From Micrococcus luteus NCTC 2665 (GTDB lineage Bacteria; Actinomycetota; Actinomycetes; Actinomycetales; Micrococcaceae), in contig NC_012803.1 of assembly GCF_000023205.1 (NCBI RefSeq), forward strand, positions 2,040,001 through 2,072,000: 32,000 bases of DNA, given 5' to 3'. Made by a program: the position numbers and the translations under genes. Positions 23,749-31,100 of the stretch are shown piece after piece (the stretch's first letter is position 1; the number at the start of each line of letters is the position of its first letter). The notes under the pieces were generated by a model that did not search any database, was not told the origin of the DNA, and saw only the letters and a list, made by a program, of their open reading frames with translations.

Positions 23749-26005
23749 CACGGGCCTCCTCGGGGCCGGTGGAGGAGTCACGGGCCACGGGCTCGGCGTC
23801 GCTCGGGGCGTCGGTGACCGGGGTGCCGTGCATGTGGGCGTACATCTCGTTCCAACGGCGTAGCTCCGCGTCGCCGTCACGGTCGGCCTGCCGGTCCAGC
23901 CGGACCGCGTTCTTGCGGTCGCTGCGATACCAGAGCACGGCCACCATCACCGCCATCATCACGGTGGGGAACTCGCCGATGCCCCACATCACCGCGCCGC
24001 CGATGCGCTGGTCCTCGAGGGCGGTGGGGCCCCAGTCGCGGCCCATGTTGCCGAACCAGGACGCCTGCAACAGACCGGTGGAGGTGGTCATGGCGACACC
24101 GATGAAGGCGTGGAAGACCATCGTGGCCATCAGGAGCACGAGCCGCAGGGCGTACGGGGGCCGGCGCGGCAGCGGATCCGAGCCGATCATGACCAGGGCG
24201 AACAGGAACCCGGTCAGCAGGAAGTGGACGTTCATGAACTCGTGGCCCACGTGGGTCTGCAGCGAGAACCGGAAGAAGTCCGTGTAGTAGAACACCAGGA
24301 TCGAGCCGGCGAAGTTGACCCCCGCCACGATCGGGTTCGTGATGAACCGACCCCACGGGGAGTGCACGATCCACAGGATCCACTCACGGGGGCCGCGCGT
24401 CCCATCCGTGCGGGCCGGCAGGGCCCGTAGCGTCAGGGTGATGGGTGCGCCCAGGACGAGGAAGACGGGACTGAGCATCGTCAGCGTCATGTGGCCCACC
24501 ATGTGTGCGCTGAACAGGACGCGGCCGTACACGGCCGGGGACCCGGAGGTCGCCCACAGCAGCACGGCCAGCCCCGCGAACCACGCGACGGTGCGCAGCA
24601 CGGGCCAGCGGTCGCCGCGGCGGCGCAGCTGCCACACGGAGCGCAGGTACCAGAGGGACAGGAACGCGATGATCGCGACCCACAGCCAGTCGAACCGCCA
24701 CATCGTGATCCACCGGGCGCCCTCGAGGGCCGGCGGCAGCTCGTAGCCAGTGAGGATGCGGGCCGGGGTGGCGTCCGGCGCGATCTCCTCCGGCACGGGC
24801 GGGGCCGTCCGGGAGAGCACGGAGGAGACACCCATGACGGCGCCCATGATCACGGCCTCCACGGCGATGAGCTGCCACAGCAGGCGACGCGCGGGGGCGG
24901 GGCTGGGACGGTCCGGGCCGGCGTCGAGGCGGGGGATCACCCACCGGCGGTGCAGCAGGCCGATCAGGCCGAGGCCCAGGGCCGCCAGGAACTTGGCCGA
25001 CACGAGGATGCCGTAGGGGCTCAGCAGCTGGGCCGGATCGTCCATGCGGATCGACGCGTTGACCACGCCGGACAGCGCCACCGTGACCAGGCCCAGCCCG
25101 GCGAGCACGGAGTAGCGGGTCAGGACCGTGTGCAGCAGGGGCGCCGGGCCCTGCCGGCGTAGGCTGCGGCCCCGCCCCTGCGCCCCGTTGGGCCCCACGA
25201 GGGTGTCCGAGATCGCGACGAGCACGAGCAGTCCGCCCACCCACACGACGACGCCGAGCAGGTGCAGGCCGATCGAGTTCACGGCGCCGGTGTGGTCGTC
25301 ACCGCCCGCCGCGTGCCCGATCAGGGCCAGGGGCACGAGGGCGAGCATCGCCAGGATGCCGGTCCAGAACAGGCCGTTGTGGGAGCGGACGGCGATCGCC
25401 AACGTGGTCACGACGGCGGCGATCACGGTGACCCAGAACCACGCCTGGCCCACCGAGATGCCGACCACGTAGGCCGCCAGGCCGTCCGTGAAGCCCTGCC
25501 CCGCAGTGACGGGGATGCCGGCGAGATCCGAGTAGGACAGCACGCCGACGGCCAGCGCGGCCACCGTCCACACGCCGGCGCTGACGGCGGCGATCCGCAT
25601 CACGCGGGTGAACGCGGGGTGCTCGGGCAGCGGTGCGGCGTCCGCGTCCTCGCGCCGCCGCCGGGCGGAGCGGTGCCACCGTTCCGTGCCCGCCGCGTGC
25701 GGCGGCAGGACCCCGGCCGCGAAGATCAGCGCGGCGATGGTCAGGGACATCGCCAGGTTGGAGACGAGCTCCCCCACGGGCACGCCCCACCGGGTGATCC
25801 ACCCCGGGTCGGAGAGCTGGCGTGCGGCGGTGACGCCGGTCAGCCAGCCGGCGGCGGCGAGGCCGGCGGCTCCTGCGGCGGCCACGAGCACCCAGATCCA
25901 CCGGGGCACACCGACCGGCCCCGACGGGCCGGGGCGGGCGGCGTCGTCGTTCTCGGCGGGATGACTGCCCCGGGCGGGGGCGGTGGCGGCGGACATGGGG
26001 TCCAT
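23738..26005 (-). CDS. Fused CopD-like copper resistance domain and Bacillus-type cytochrome c oxidase assembly factor CtaG (Caa3_CtaG)
   Basis: The 755-aa polytopic ORF has a CopD-like N-terminal half of about 8 TM segments. The C-terminal half (WRFDWLWVAIIAF...SAHMVGHMTLTMLSPVFLVLGAPITL...HEFMNVHFLLTGFLF) is CtaG-like. An alternative ATG lies at 25996. Confidence 0.8.
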   Translation of the reverse strand: MDPMSAATAPARGSHPAENDDAARPGPSGPVGVPRWIWVLVAAAGAAGLAAAGWLTGVTAARQLSDPGWITRWGVPVGELVSNLAMSLTIAALIFAAGVLPPHAAGTERWHRSARRRREDADAAPLPEHPAFTRVMRIAAVSAGVWTVAALAVGVLSYSDLAGIPVTAGQGFTDGLAAYVVGISVGQAWFWVTVIAAVVTTLAIAVRSHNGLFWTGILAMLALVPLALIGHAAGGDDHTGAVNSIGLHLLGVVVWVGGLLVLVAISDTLVGPNGAQGRGRSLRRQGPAPLLHTVLTRYSVLAGLGLVTVALSGVVNASIRMDDPAQLLSPYGILVSAKFLAALGLGLIGLLHRRWVIPRLDAGPDRPSPAPARRLLWQLIAVEAVIMGAVMGVSSVLSRTAPPVPEEIAPDATPARILTGYELPPALEGARWITMWRFDWLWVAIIAFLSLWYLRSVWQLRRRGDRWPVLRTVAWFAGLAVLLWATSGSPAVYGRVLFSAHMVGHMTLTMLSPVFLVLGAPITLTLRALPARTDGTRGPREWILWIVHSPWGRFITNPIVAGVNFAGSILVFYYTDFFRFSLQTHVGHEFMNVHFLLTGFLFALVMIGSDPLPRRPPYALRLVLLMATMVFHAFIGVAMTTSTGLLQASWFGNMGRDWGPTALEDQRIGGAVMWGIGEFPTVMMAVMVAVLWYRSDRKNAVRLDRQADRDGDAELRRWNEMYAHMHGTPVTDAPSDAEPVARDSSTGPEEARDVR

Positions 26006-26025
26006 CCTCTCAAAGCATGCGGACG

Positions 26026-26061
26026 CCCGACGACGGCGGGAGCGGCCCCGCCGTCGTCGGG
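26026..26061 (-). terminator. Perfect 15-bp stem with a 6-nt loop between the DyP gene and the CopD/CtaG gene (intra-cluster terminator, attenuator or processing site)
   Basis: cccgacgacggcggg (26026-26040) is the exact reverse complement of cccgccgtcgtcggg (26047-26061). Confidence 0.45.
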
Positions 26062-26069
26062 CCCCTGGG

Positions 26070-27482
26070 TCAGGCGAACAGGGCGTCGCCCACGAACCCG
26101 CCCTCGGCGCAGCCGGGCGGGATCGCGAAGACGGACGAGCCGACGGGCACGGTCCACAGGTTCAGGTGGTCCGACTCCGCGAGCCGGGCCTGGACGGGGA
26201 CGAACTGTCGGTCCACGTCCGCCTGGTAGGCGGCGAAGATCAGGCCGGAGCCCGCCTCCAGCGCCCCGCGCGGGTCGTCGTAGTTGTAGCCGCGACGCAG
26301 CATCCCGTACTCGGGCTCCTCCCCGCGGGCCCGCCGCAGGTGCGCGATGTCCGAGATGACCGGGAAGCCCGTGGGGCCGACGGCGTCGAAGTCCGGCTCG
26401 TCGTGCTCCTGCTCCCCCGTGAGGGGGGCGCCGGTGCCGAGGCGACGGCCGATGACCTTCTCCTTGGCCGGGCGGTCGAGCTCGTCCCACGTGTCCATGA
26501 GCATCTCGATGCGCCGGATCACCACGGACGTGCCGTCCGCGATCCACGGGGTGACGCCCACCTGCTCGGCGCCCACGCCCCACACCACGCGATCGAGGTG
26601 CGGGGTCTCCGCGGCCGGGTTGCCGGTGCCGTCCACCTGCCCGAAGAGGTTGCGCATCGTGGTGCCGGTGGGGTGGGCGCCGCGGGCGGAGCGGAAGCCC
26701 TCCTGCACCCAGCGCTCGGTGGCGAACGGCCGGGCCGCCTTGAGGACCATGCGCCGGGCGTGGGCCACGGACATCCGGTCGTCGCCGCAGATCTGCAGCA
26801 GCAGGTCGCCGTCGCTGAACGCGGGGTCCAGGCGGTCGATCTGCTCGAACGCCGGCAGCGGGCGCAGCCAGGCCGGGGCCCGGTCCGGGGCCACGCGGCG
26901 GACGAGCTCCGGGCCGAAGCCGAACGTCACGGTGAGCCGCGCGGGGGCGGCGGCGAGCTCCGGCTCGGTGTCGGCGATCGTGGCGCGGCCCTGGGTCAGG
27001 CGCGCCGCGTCGTCGGTGAGCAGGCGCAGCATCCGCTCGATGCGCACCCGGTCCGCGTCCTCGCGCAGGTCGAGGGCGAGGAAGACGGCGTGGGCCTGGG
27101 CGGGGGTGTCGACGCCGGCCTGGCGCGGCCCGTGGAACGGCACGGTGTCCGTGCCCACGGGCGAGCTGACGGCCACCCTGGCGGCCTGGCCGCCGGGCTC
27201 GGCCCAGCCGGCCCGGCCGACGTCGCCCTCGATGCCGGTGTCGCCCATGACCTCGGACGGCGAGGCCCCCGCCCCGGGCGCGGTAGACGCGCCCGGGGCG
27301 GTCGAGGCCGACGCGTGGCCGGCGCCGTAGCCGAGTGCCGTGCCCAGCAGGCCGCCGCCCACCGCGCCCGCCCCGAGGAGCAGGCCGCGGCGGGAGGGGC
27401 CCCCCGGGGCCGGGCGGGCGCCCTCGCGCCCGCCCGACCCGTGGTGGTCGTCCGGCCGGCCGGCGGGGTCAGTGGTCGGCAT
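26070..27482 (-). CDS. Tat-exported Dyp-type (EfeB/DtpA-like) haem peroxidase
   Basis: The twin-arginine signal is PSRRGLLLGAGAVGGG. The DyP-like core includes FHGPRQAGV, DGTGNP and a C-terminal ...FAIPPG. I chose ATG 27482, which follows ggagga. The listed ORF starts at GTG 27509. Confidence 0.85.
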   Translation of the reverse strand: MPTTDPAGRPDDHHGSGGREGARPAPGGPSRRGLLLGAGAVGGGLLGTALGYGAGHASASTAPGASTAPGAGASPSEVMGDTGIEGDVGRAGWAEPGGQAARVAVSSPVGTDTVPFHGPRQAGVDTPAQAHAVFLALDLREDADRVRIERMLRLLTDDAARLTQGRATIADTEPELAAAPARLTVTFGFGPELVRRVAPDRAPAWLRPLPAFEQIDRLDPAFSDGDLLLQICGDDRMSVAHARRMVLKAARPFATERWVQEGFRSARGAHPTGTTMRNLFGQVDGTGNPAAETPHLDRVVWGVGAEQVGVTPWIADGTSVVIRRIEMLMDTWDELDRPAKEKVIGRRLGTGAPLTGEQEHDEPDFDAVGPTGFPVISDIAHLRRARGEEPEYGMLRRGYNYDDPRGALEAGSGLIFAAYQADVDRQFVPVQARLAESDHLNLWTVPVGSSVFAIPPGCAEGGFVGDALFA

Positions 27483-28098
27483 GGTCCTCCGATTCGTGGG
27501 ACTCGCCACCGTGGTACGACTCGCTGGCGCCGGTGAAGGGCCGGACCACGGAGGTGACCTCGAGGGTGGAGCCGTCCTCCAGCTCGAGGTCGTAGGTCAC
27601 GTCCTCACCCGGCTCGATCGGGTCGGTCAGGCCCATGAACATCACGTGGTTGCCGCCCGGGGCGAGCTCGAAGCTCCCTCCGGCGGGCACGGTGAAGCCG
27701 TCGGGGCTCCGCTGCATCACCATCTGGCCGTCCTCGCCGGAGACCATCTCGTGGAGCTCGACCGTCTCACCCAGCTCCGAGCGGACGCCGACGATATGCA
27801 GGTCCTGGTCCGAGGAGTTCTCGAGCATGCCGAAGGAGCCGGTCATGCCCTCCTCGGTGGCCTTCGTCCAGGGGTCGGTGATCGTGAGGCCGGCGGCCTG
27901 GCCGTCCGCGGTGGACGCGGCCGACGAGGAATCCGAGGCCGGGGCGGCGTCCGTGGCCGGCGCGACGCTCGAGGCGTCCGACGCGCTCGGGGCGGAGCCG
28001 GCGTCGTCTCCGGCGCAGGCCGTCAGGCCGAGGGCGGCGACGGCGAGCACGGCGGCGGCGCCGAGGCGGCGAGGGGCGCGGGGGGAGGTGGTGGTCAT
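27469..28098 (-). CDS. Copper chaperone PCu(A)C (DUF461) lipoprotein with a His/Glu-rich C-terminal tail
   Basis: The lipobox is LGLTAC and is followed by a low-complexity linker. The PCuAC-like core is TITDPWTKA...GSFGMLEN...VELHEMV...MVMQ...GGNHVMFMGL. The tail is YHGGESHESEDHADH. Confidence 0.85.
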   Translation of the reverse strand: MTTTSPRAPRRLGAAAVLAVAALGLTACAGDDAGSAPSASDASSVAPATDAAPASDSSSAASTADGQAAGLTITDPWTKATEEGMTGSFGMLENSSDQDLHIVGVRSELGETVELHEMVSGEDGQMVMQRSPDGFTVPAGGSFELAPGGNHVMFMGLTDPIEPGEDVTYDLELEDGSTLEVTSVVRPFTGASESYHGGESHESEDHADH

Positions 28099-28120
28099 GT
28101 CTGTGGGGGTTCCTTGTCAT

Positions 28121-28186
28121 GCGGGCGCGCGACGACGCGCGGGGCGTGCGGGCGCGCGACGACGCGCGGGGCGTGCGGGCGCGCGA
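28121..28186. repeat. 27-bp tandem repeat, two full identical copies plus a 12-nt partial third copy, in the copC-pcuAC spacer
   Basis: The unit gcgggcgcgcgacgacgcgcggggcgt occurs at 28121-28147 and 28148-28174. The partial copy gcgggcgcgcga lies at 28175-28186. Each unit contains the palindrome cgcgcg-acga-cgcgcg. Confidence 0.9.
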
Positions 28187-28192
28187 GGGCGG

Positions 28193-28217
28193 GGCCGGTC
28201 CCCTCAGGGGGCCGGCC
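28193..28217 (-). terminator. Hairpin just downstream of the copC stop (11-bp stem with one mismatch, 3-nt loop)
   Basis: ggccggtcccc (28193-28203) pairs with gggggccggcc (28207-28217). Confidence 0.4.
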
Positions 28218-28229
28218 GGGGATCAGAGG

Positions 28230-28913
28230 TCAGCGGCCGTCGTCGAGGTGGCCGAGCGCGCGGGCGCGGCGGCCCATCAGGAGGAAGGCGACCACGAGCA
28301 CGGCCAGGCCGGCGATGCCGGCGACCCACACCCAGGCGGGCAGCGCGTCGGAGTCCACGGGCTGCGCGGTGTCGGAGCCGTCCGCCTGCGCGGTCGCCTG
28401 GGCCGAGGCGGCGTCGCCCTGGCCTGCCGTGGCCTCCGGGGAGGCGGCGCTCGAGGCCCCGGCGACGGCGGTGCCGCAGCCCTGGGGCGCGGTGCCGGCG
28501 GCCGGTGCGGCCGGGTCGTCCACCGCGAAGTCGAACGAGCGCTCCTCGGAGTGCCCGTCCGAGTAGACGACGCGGTAGGCGACCTCGTAGTCGCCGTTGG
28601 GCAGCCCCTCGCACAGCGGCGCGGAGAAGGTGGGGCCGTCCACGGTGCCGGCAGCGGACTGCCACTGGTTGCCGTCGGCGTCGCGGACCTGCAGGAGGTT
28701 CTGGATGCCCTCGCCGTCGATCAGCTCGCCGCTGAAGGTCAGTGAGACCTCCGACGGCGCCGTCGTGGCCGTCTCGCCGACCGCGGGTGCGGTGCGGATG
28801 AGCTCGTCGTGCGCGGCCGCGGGGGCGGCTCCGGCGACGACGAGGGCGGGCAGCAGGGTGAGTCCGGCTGCGGCGCGAGCGGCGCGGCGGACAGGGGTGG
28901 TCTGGTGATGCAT
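28230..28913 (-). CDS. CopC-domain copper-binding protein with a C-terminal membrane anchor
   Basis: From ATG 28913: MHHQTTPVRRAARAAAGLTLLPALVVAGAAPAAA|HDELIRTAPA. A signal peptide exposes an N-terminal His, as in CopC/YcnJ-N proteins. The sequence continues ...VAYRVVYSDGHSEE, then an Ala/Gly/Ser linker and a TM anchor (LPAWVWVAGIAGLAVLVVAFLL). The upstream part of listed ORF 28230..29777 is off-target Arg/Pro-rich sequence. Confidence 0.85.
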   Translation of the reverse strand: MHHQTTPVRRAARAAAGLTLLPALVVAGAAPAAAHDELIRTAPAVGETATTAPSEVSLTFSGELIDGEGIQNLLQVRDADGNQWQSAAGTVDGPTFSAPLCEGLPNGDYEVAYRVVYSDGHSEERSFDFAVDDPAAPAAGTAPQGCGTAVAGASSAASPEATAGQGDAASAQATAQADGSDTAQPVDSDALPAWVWVAGIAGLAVLVVAFLLMGRRARALGHLDDGR

Positions 28914-29023
28914 GGTGGTGTCCTCACGGGTCTGCCGCGGTCCCGGACGGGAGTCGCGGGCGGACCGTTCCGAAGGGTCGTCGGGCGCGGTCGGGCCTCG
29001 AGACGCGGACGGAGCCGGCGTCC

Positions 29024-29719
29024 TCAGGCCGCGAGGGCGAACGGCGGGCCGCGCCGCCCCGGAGAGCTGAGGAGGGCGAGGGACGTCACCGGCCGGAGCA
29101 CCGGCGGGACGGGGACACGGAGGCGGGCCGGCGTCGGCAGGGGGCCGTGCGCGGCCGGCGGCGGGCAGACGACGGCCACCACGCGTTCGGCGATGGCGAG
29201 CACGAGGGCCTCGCCGCGCCGCAGCACCAGCACGGTGAGGCCCGCGGCGATCACGTGGGCCGCGAGCATGCGCAGGTCGGTCAGGTGGCCGGCGGGGGCG
29301 TTGGACAGGGCCTCCCCCGGCGCCAGGAGGGCTCCGGCGCCGGGACGGGCGTGGCCGAGGTGGGCGGAGTCGACGCCGGCGACCGGCGCCACGGCGTGTC
29401 CGCCGGCGGCGAGCCCGTAGAGCACGTGGAACAGACCCTGGGCGATCGCGACGGCGGCGGCGGTGCGCCACAGCGAGAGGGCGCGGCCCGCCAGGGCGGT
29501 GCAGAGCGGGGCGGCGAGGACGGCCGCGAAGGCGACCACGCCCACCTCGGGGAACCCGTGGCCGGGCTCGGCGGCGGTGTGGAACAGCGCGGCCAGGGCG
29601 GTCATCGCCAGGGCCCCGGCCCAGCCCCGGGCCAGACGGGCCGGCCCACGCACGACGCGCGGAGGGGCGTCCTCGAGGCCGGACGGGGCCCACGGAGCGG
29701 CGGCGACGGCGCTGCGCAT
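29024..29719 (-). CDS. Hypothetical His-rich integral membrane protein, first gene of the copper cluster
   Basis: I place the start at ATG 29719, preceded by ggagaggag at 7-nt spacing. The protein has about 4 TM segments with His residues in or near the membrane (LFHTAAEPGHG, GLFHVLYGLAAGGHAVAP, AHLGHA and LAAHVIAAG). I do not recognise a family. Confidence 0.55.
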   Translation of the reverse strand: MRSAVAAAPWAPSGLEDAPPRVVRGPARLARGWAGALAMTALAALFHTAAEPGHGFPEVGVVAFAAVLAAPLCTALAGRALSLWRTAAAVAIAQGLFHVLYGLAAGGHAVAPVAGVDSAHLGHARPGAGALLAPGEALSNAPAGHLTDLRMLAAHVIAAGLTVLVLRRGEALVLAIAERVVAVVCPPPAAHGPLPTPARLRVPVPPVLRPVTSLALLSSPGRRGPPFALAA

Positions 29720-29758
29720 GCCACGACTCCTCTCCTGACGGCCCCGGCCCACGTCGGC

Positions 29759-29781
29759 CGGACGATCGTCCGCCCATCCTA
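29759..29781 (-). promoter_or_regulatory. Candidate -10 hexamer TAGGAT (29776-29781, minus strand) followed 3 nt later by the perfect 14-bp palindrome CGGACGATCGTCCG (29759-29772)
   Basis: Read directly from the sequence. The palindrome would cover the predicted transcription start of the copper cluster. Confidence 0.3.
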
Positions 29782-29798
29782 CGCGGCCGGAGACGACG

Positions 29799-29830
29799 AC
29801 GGGCGCCCCACCCGAGGGTGGGACGCCCGT
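29799..29830 (-). terminator. Hairpin downstream of the HU gene (about 13-15-bp stem with one mismatch)
   Basis: acgggcgccccaccc (29799-29813) pairs with gggtgggacgcccgt (29816-29830). Confidence 0.5.
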
Positions 29831-29876
29831 CCTGCGGCGTGCGGCGTGGGTCCGGGGACGCGCACCGCGACCGGGA

Positions 29877-30158
29877 TCACTCGGAGGCGGCGGCCTTGAG
29901 CTTGGAGCCGGCGGTCACCTTCACGGAGTGGCCGGCCGGGATGGTGATCTCCTCGCCGGTGCGCGGGTTGCGGCCGGTGCGCTCCTTGCGCTCGGTGCGC
30001 TCCACGGCCAGCCAGCCCGGGATCGAGACCTTCTCGCCCTTCTTGACCTGGGCGGTGAACACCTCGAAGAGGGCGTCCAGCACATCGCTGACGGCGGCCT
30101 GGGTGTTGCCGGAGCGCTCGGCGACGGCGGCGACGAGTTCCTTGCGGTTCATGGCCAT
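29877..30158 (-). CDS. hup: HU-family nucleoid-associated DNA-binding protein (short form)
   Basis: MAMNRKELVAAVAERSGNTQAAVSDVLDALFEVFTAQVKKGEKVSIPGWLAVERTERKERTGRNPRTGEEITIPAG is a classic HU sequence. Confidence 0.93.
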   Translation of the reverse strand: MAMNRKELVAAVAERSGNTQAAVSDVLDALFEVFTAQVKKGEKVSIPGWLAVERTERKERTGRNPRTGEEITIPAGHSVKVTAGSKLKAAASE

Positions 30159-30313
30159 GGGTCCTCCCTATGGGACGTCGGTTACGGTTCCCGGGCCGTT
30201 CGGACCGGGCTGCCAGTTGTGAACGTACCACCTCTGCGCGGGCGAATCGCCCCCTGAACCGCGAGAATCCGCGATTTCCCGTGACCTGGGCGGCCCTGAT
30301 CCCCGAGGCACGA

Positions 30314-30352
30314 CGACGGCGGCGCCCCTCCTGAGGAGGGACGCCGCCGTCG
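30314..30352 (-). terminator. Hairpin downstream of rpsN (18-bp stem with one mismatch, 3-nt loop)
   Basis: cgacggcggcgcccctcc (30314-30331) pairs with ggagggacgccgccgtcg (30335-30352). Confidence 0.6.
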
Positions 30353-30387
30353 CGGTGGTGCCGAGCGCCCGGAGACCGGGCCTCAGG

Positions 30388-30693
30388 TCACCAGGAGGAC
30401 TTGGTCACGCCGGGCAGCTCGCCACGGTGCGCCATGTCGCGGAAGCGCACGCGGGAGATGCCGAAGCGCTGGAAGGTGCCGCGGGGGCGACCGTCGATGG
30501 CGTCGCGGTTGCGCACGCGGACCGGGGAGGCGTCGCGGGGCAGCTTCTGCAGGCCCAGGCGGGCGGCCTCGCGGGCCTCGTCCGACGCGTTCGGGTCCAC
30601 GAGGGTCTTGCGCAGCTCGAGACGCTTCTCGGCGTAACGGGCCACGATGGCCTTGCGCTGCTCGTTCTTGGCGATCTTGGACTTCTTGGCCAT
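30388..30693 (-). CDS. rpsN: 30S ribosomal protein S14, long Cys-less (zinc-independent, C-) form
   Basis: [29 protein letters not shown]...[43 protein letters not shown] is 101 aa and contains no Cys. Confidence 0.95.
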   Translation of the reverse strand: MAKKSKIAKNEQRKAIVARYAEKRLELRKTLVDPNASDEAREAARLGLQKLPRDASPVRVRNRDAIDGRPRGTFQRFGISRVRFRDMAHRGELPGVTKSSW

Positions 30694-30694
30694 C

Positions 30695-30862
30695 TCAGCG
30701 CTCCTCTCGGAAGTCGACGTGCTTGCGGACCACCGGGTCGTACTTCTTCAGGGTGATGCGGTCCGGGTTGTTCCGGCGGTTCTTGCGGGTCACGTAGGTG
30801 AACCCGGTGCCGGCGGTGGACTTCAGCTTGATGATCGGACGAACGTCCTTGTCCTTGGCCAT
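30695..30862 (-). CDS. rpmG: 50S ribosomal protein L33, Cys-less (C-) form
   Basis: This gene is not in the ORF track (55 aa). My hand translation gives [55 protein letters not shown]. It lies 1 nt after the rpmB stop and 1 nt before the rpsN start. Confidence 0.9.
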   Translation of the reverse strand: MAKDKDVRPIIKLKSTAGTGFTYVTRKNRRNNPDRITLKKYDPVVRKHVDFREER

Positions 30863-30863
30863 G

Positions 30864-31100
30864 TCAGAGCTTCACTCCCTTCGCGATCAGGTCCGCCACG
30901 ACGGCGTCGATACCGCGCACGTCGATGGTCTTGATGCCCTTGGCGGACAGCGTCAGGGTGACGTTGCGGCGCAGGGAGGGGACCCAGTAGGTCTTCTTCT
31001 GGATGTTCGGGTCGAACCGGCGCTTGGTGCGACGGTGCGAGTGGGAGATGCTGTGGCCGAATCCCGGCCCAGCCCCGGTTACCTGGCAGTGAGCTGCCAT
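30864..31100 (-). CDS. rpmB: 50S ribosomal protein L28 (form lacking the N-terminal CxxC motif)
   Basis: From ATG 31100, preceded by gaggag: [78 protein letters not shown]. Confidence 0.93.
   Translation of the reverse strand: MAAHCQVTGAGPGFGHSISHSHRRTKRRFDPNIQKKTYWVPSLRRNVTLTLSAKGIKTIDVRGIDAVVADLIAKGVKL

Noticed and set aside
27483-27509. Longer DyP start at GTG 27509
   Set aside because: It would overlap pcuAC by 41 nt and has no Shine-Dalgarno sequence. ATG 27482 follows ggagga and still leaves a long Tat n-region. This stays uncertain, because the Shine-Dalgarno spacing is short.
28119-28745. ORF beginning MRARDDARGVRARDDARGVRAREGG, which looks like a repeat peptide
   Set aside because: The repeated peptide is simply the translation of the 27-bp intergenic tandem DNA repeat. 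The rest of the ORF is antisense to copC.
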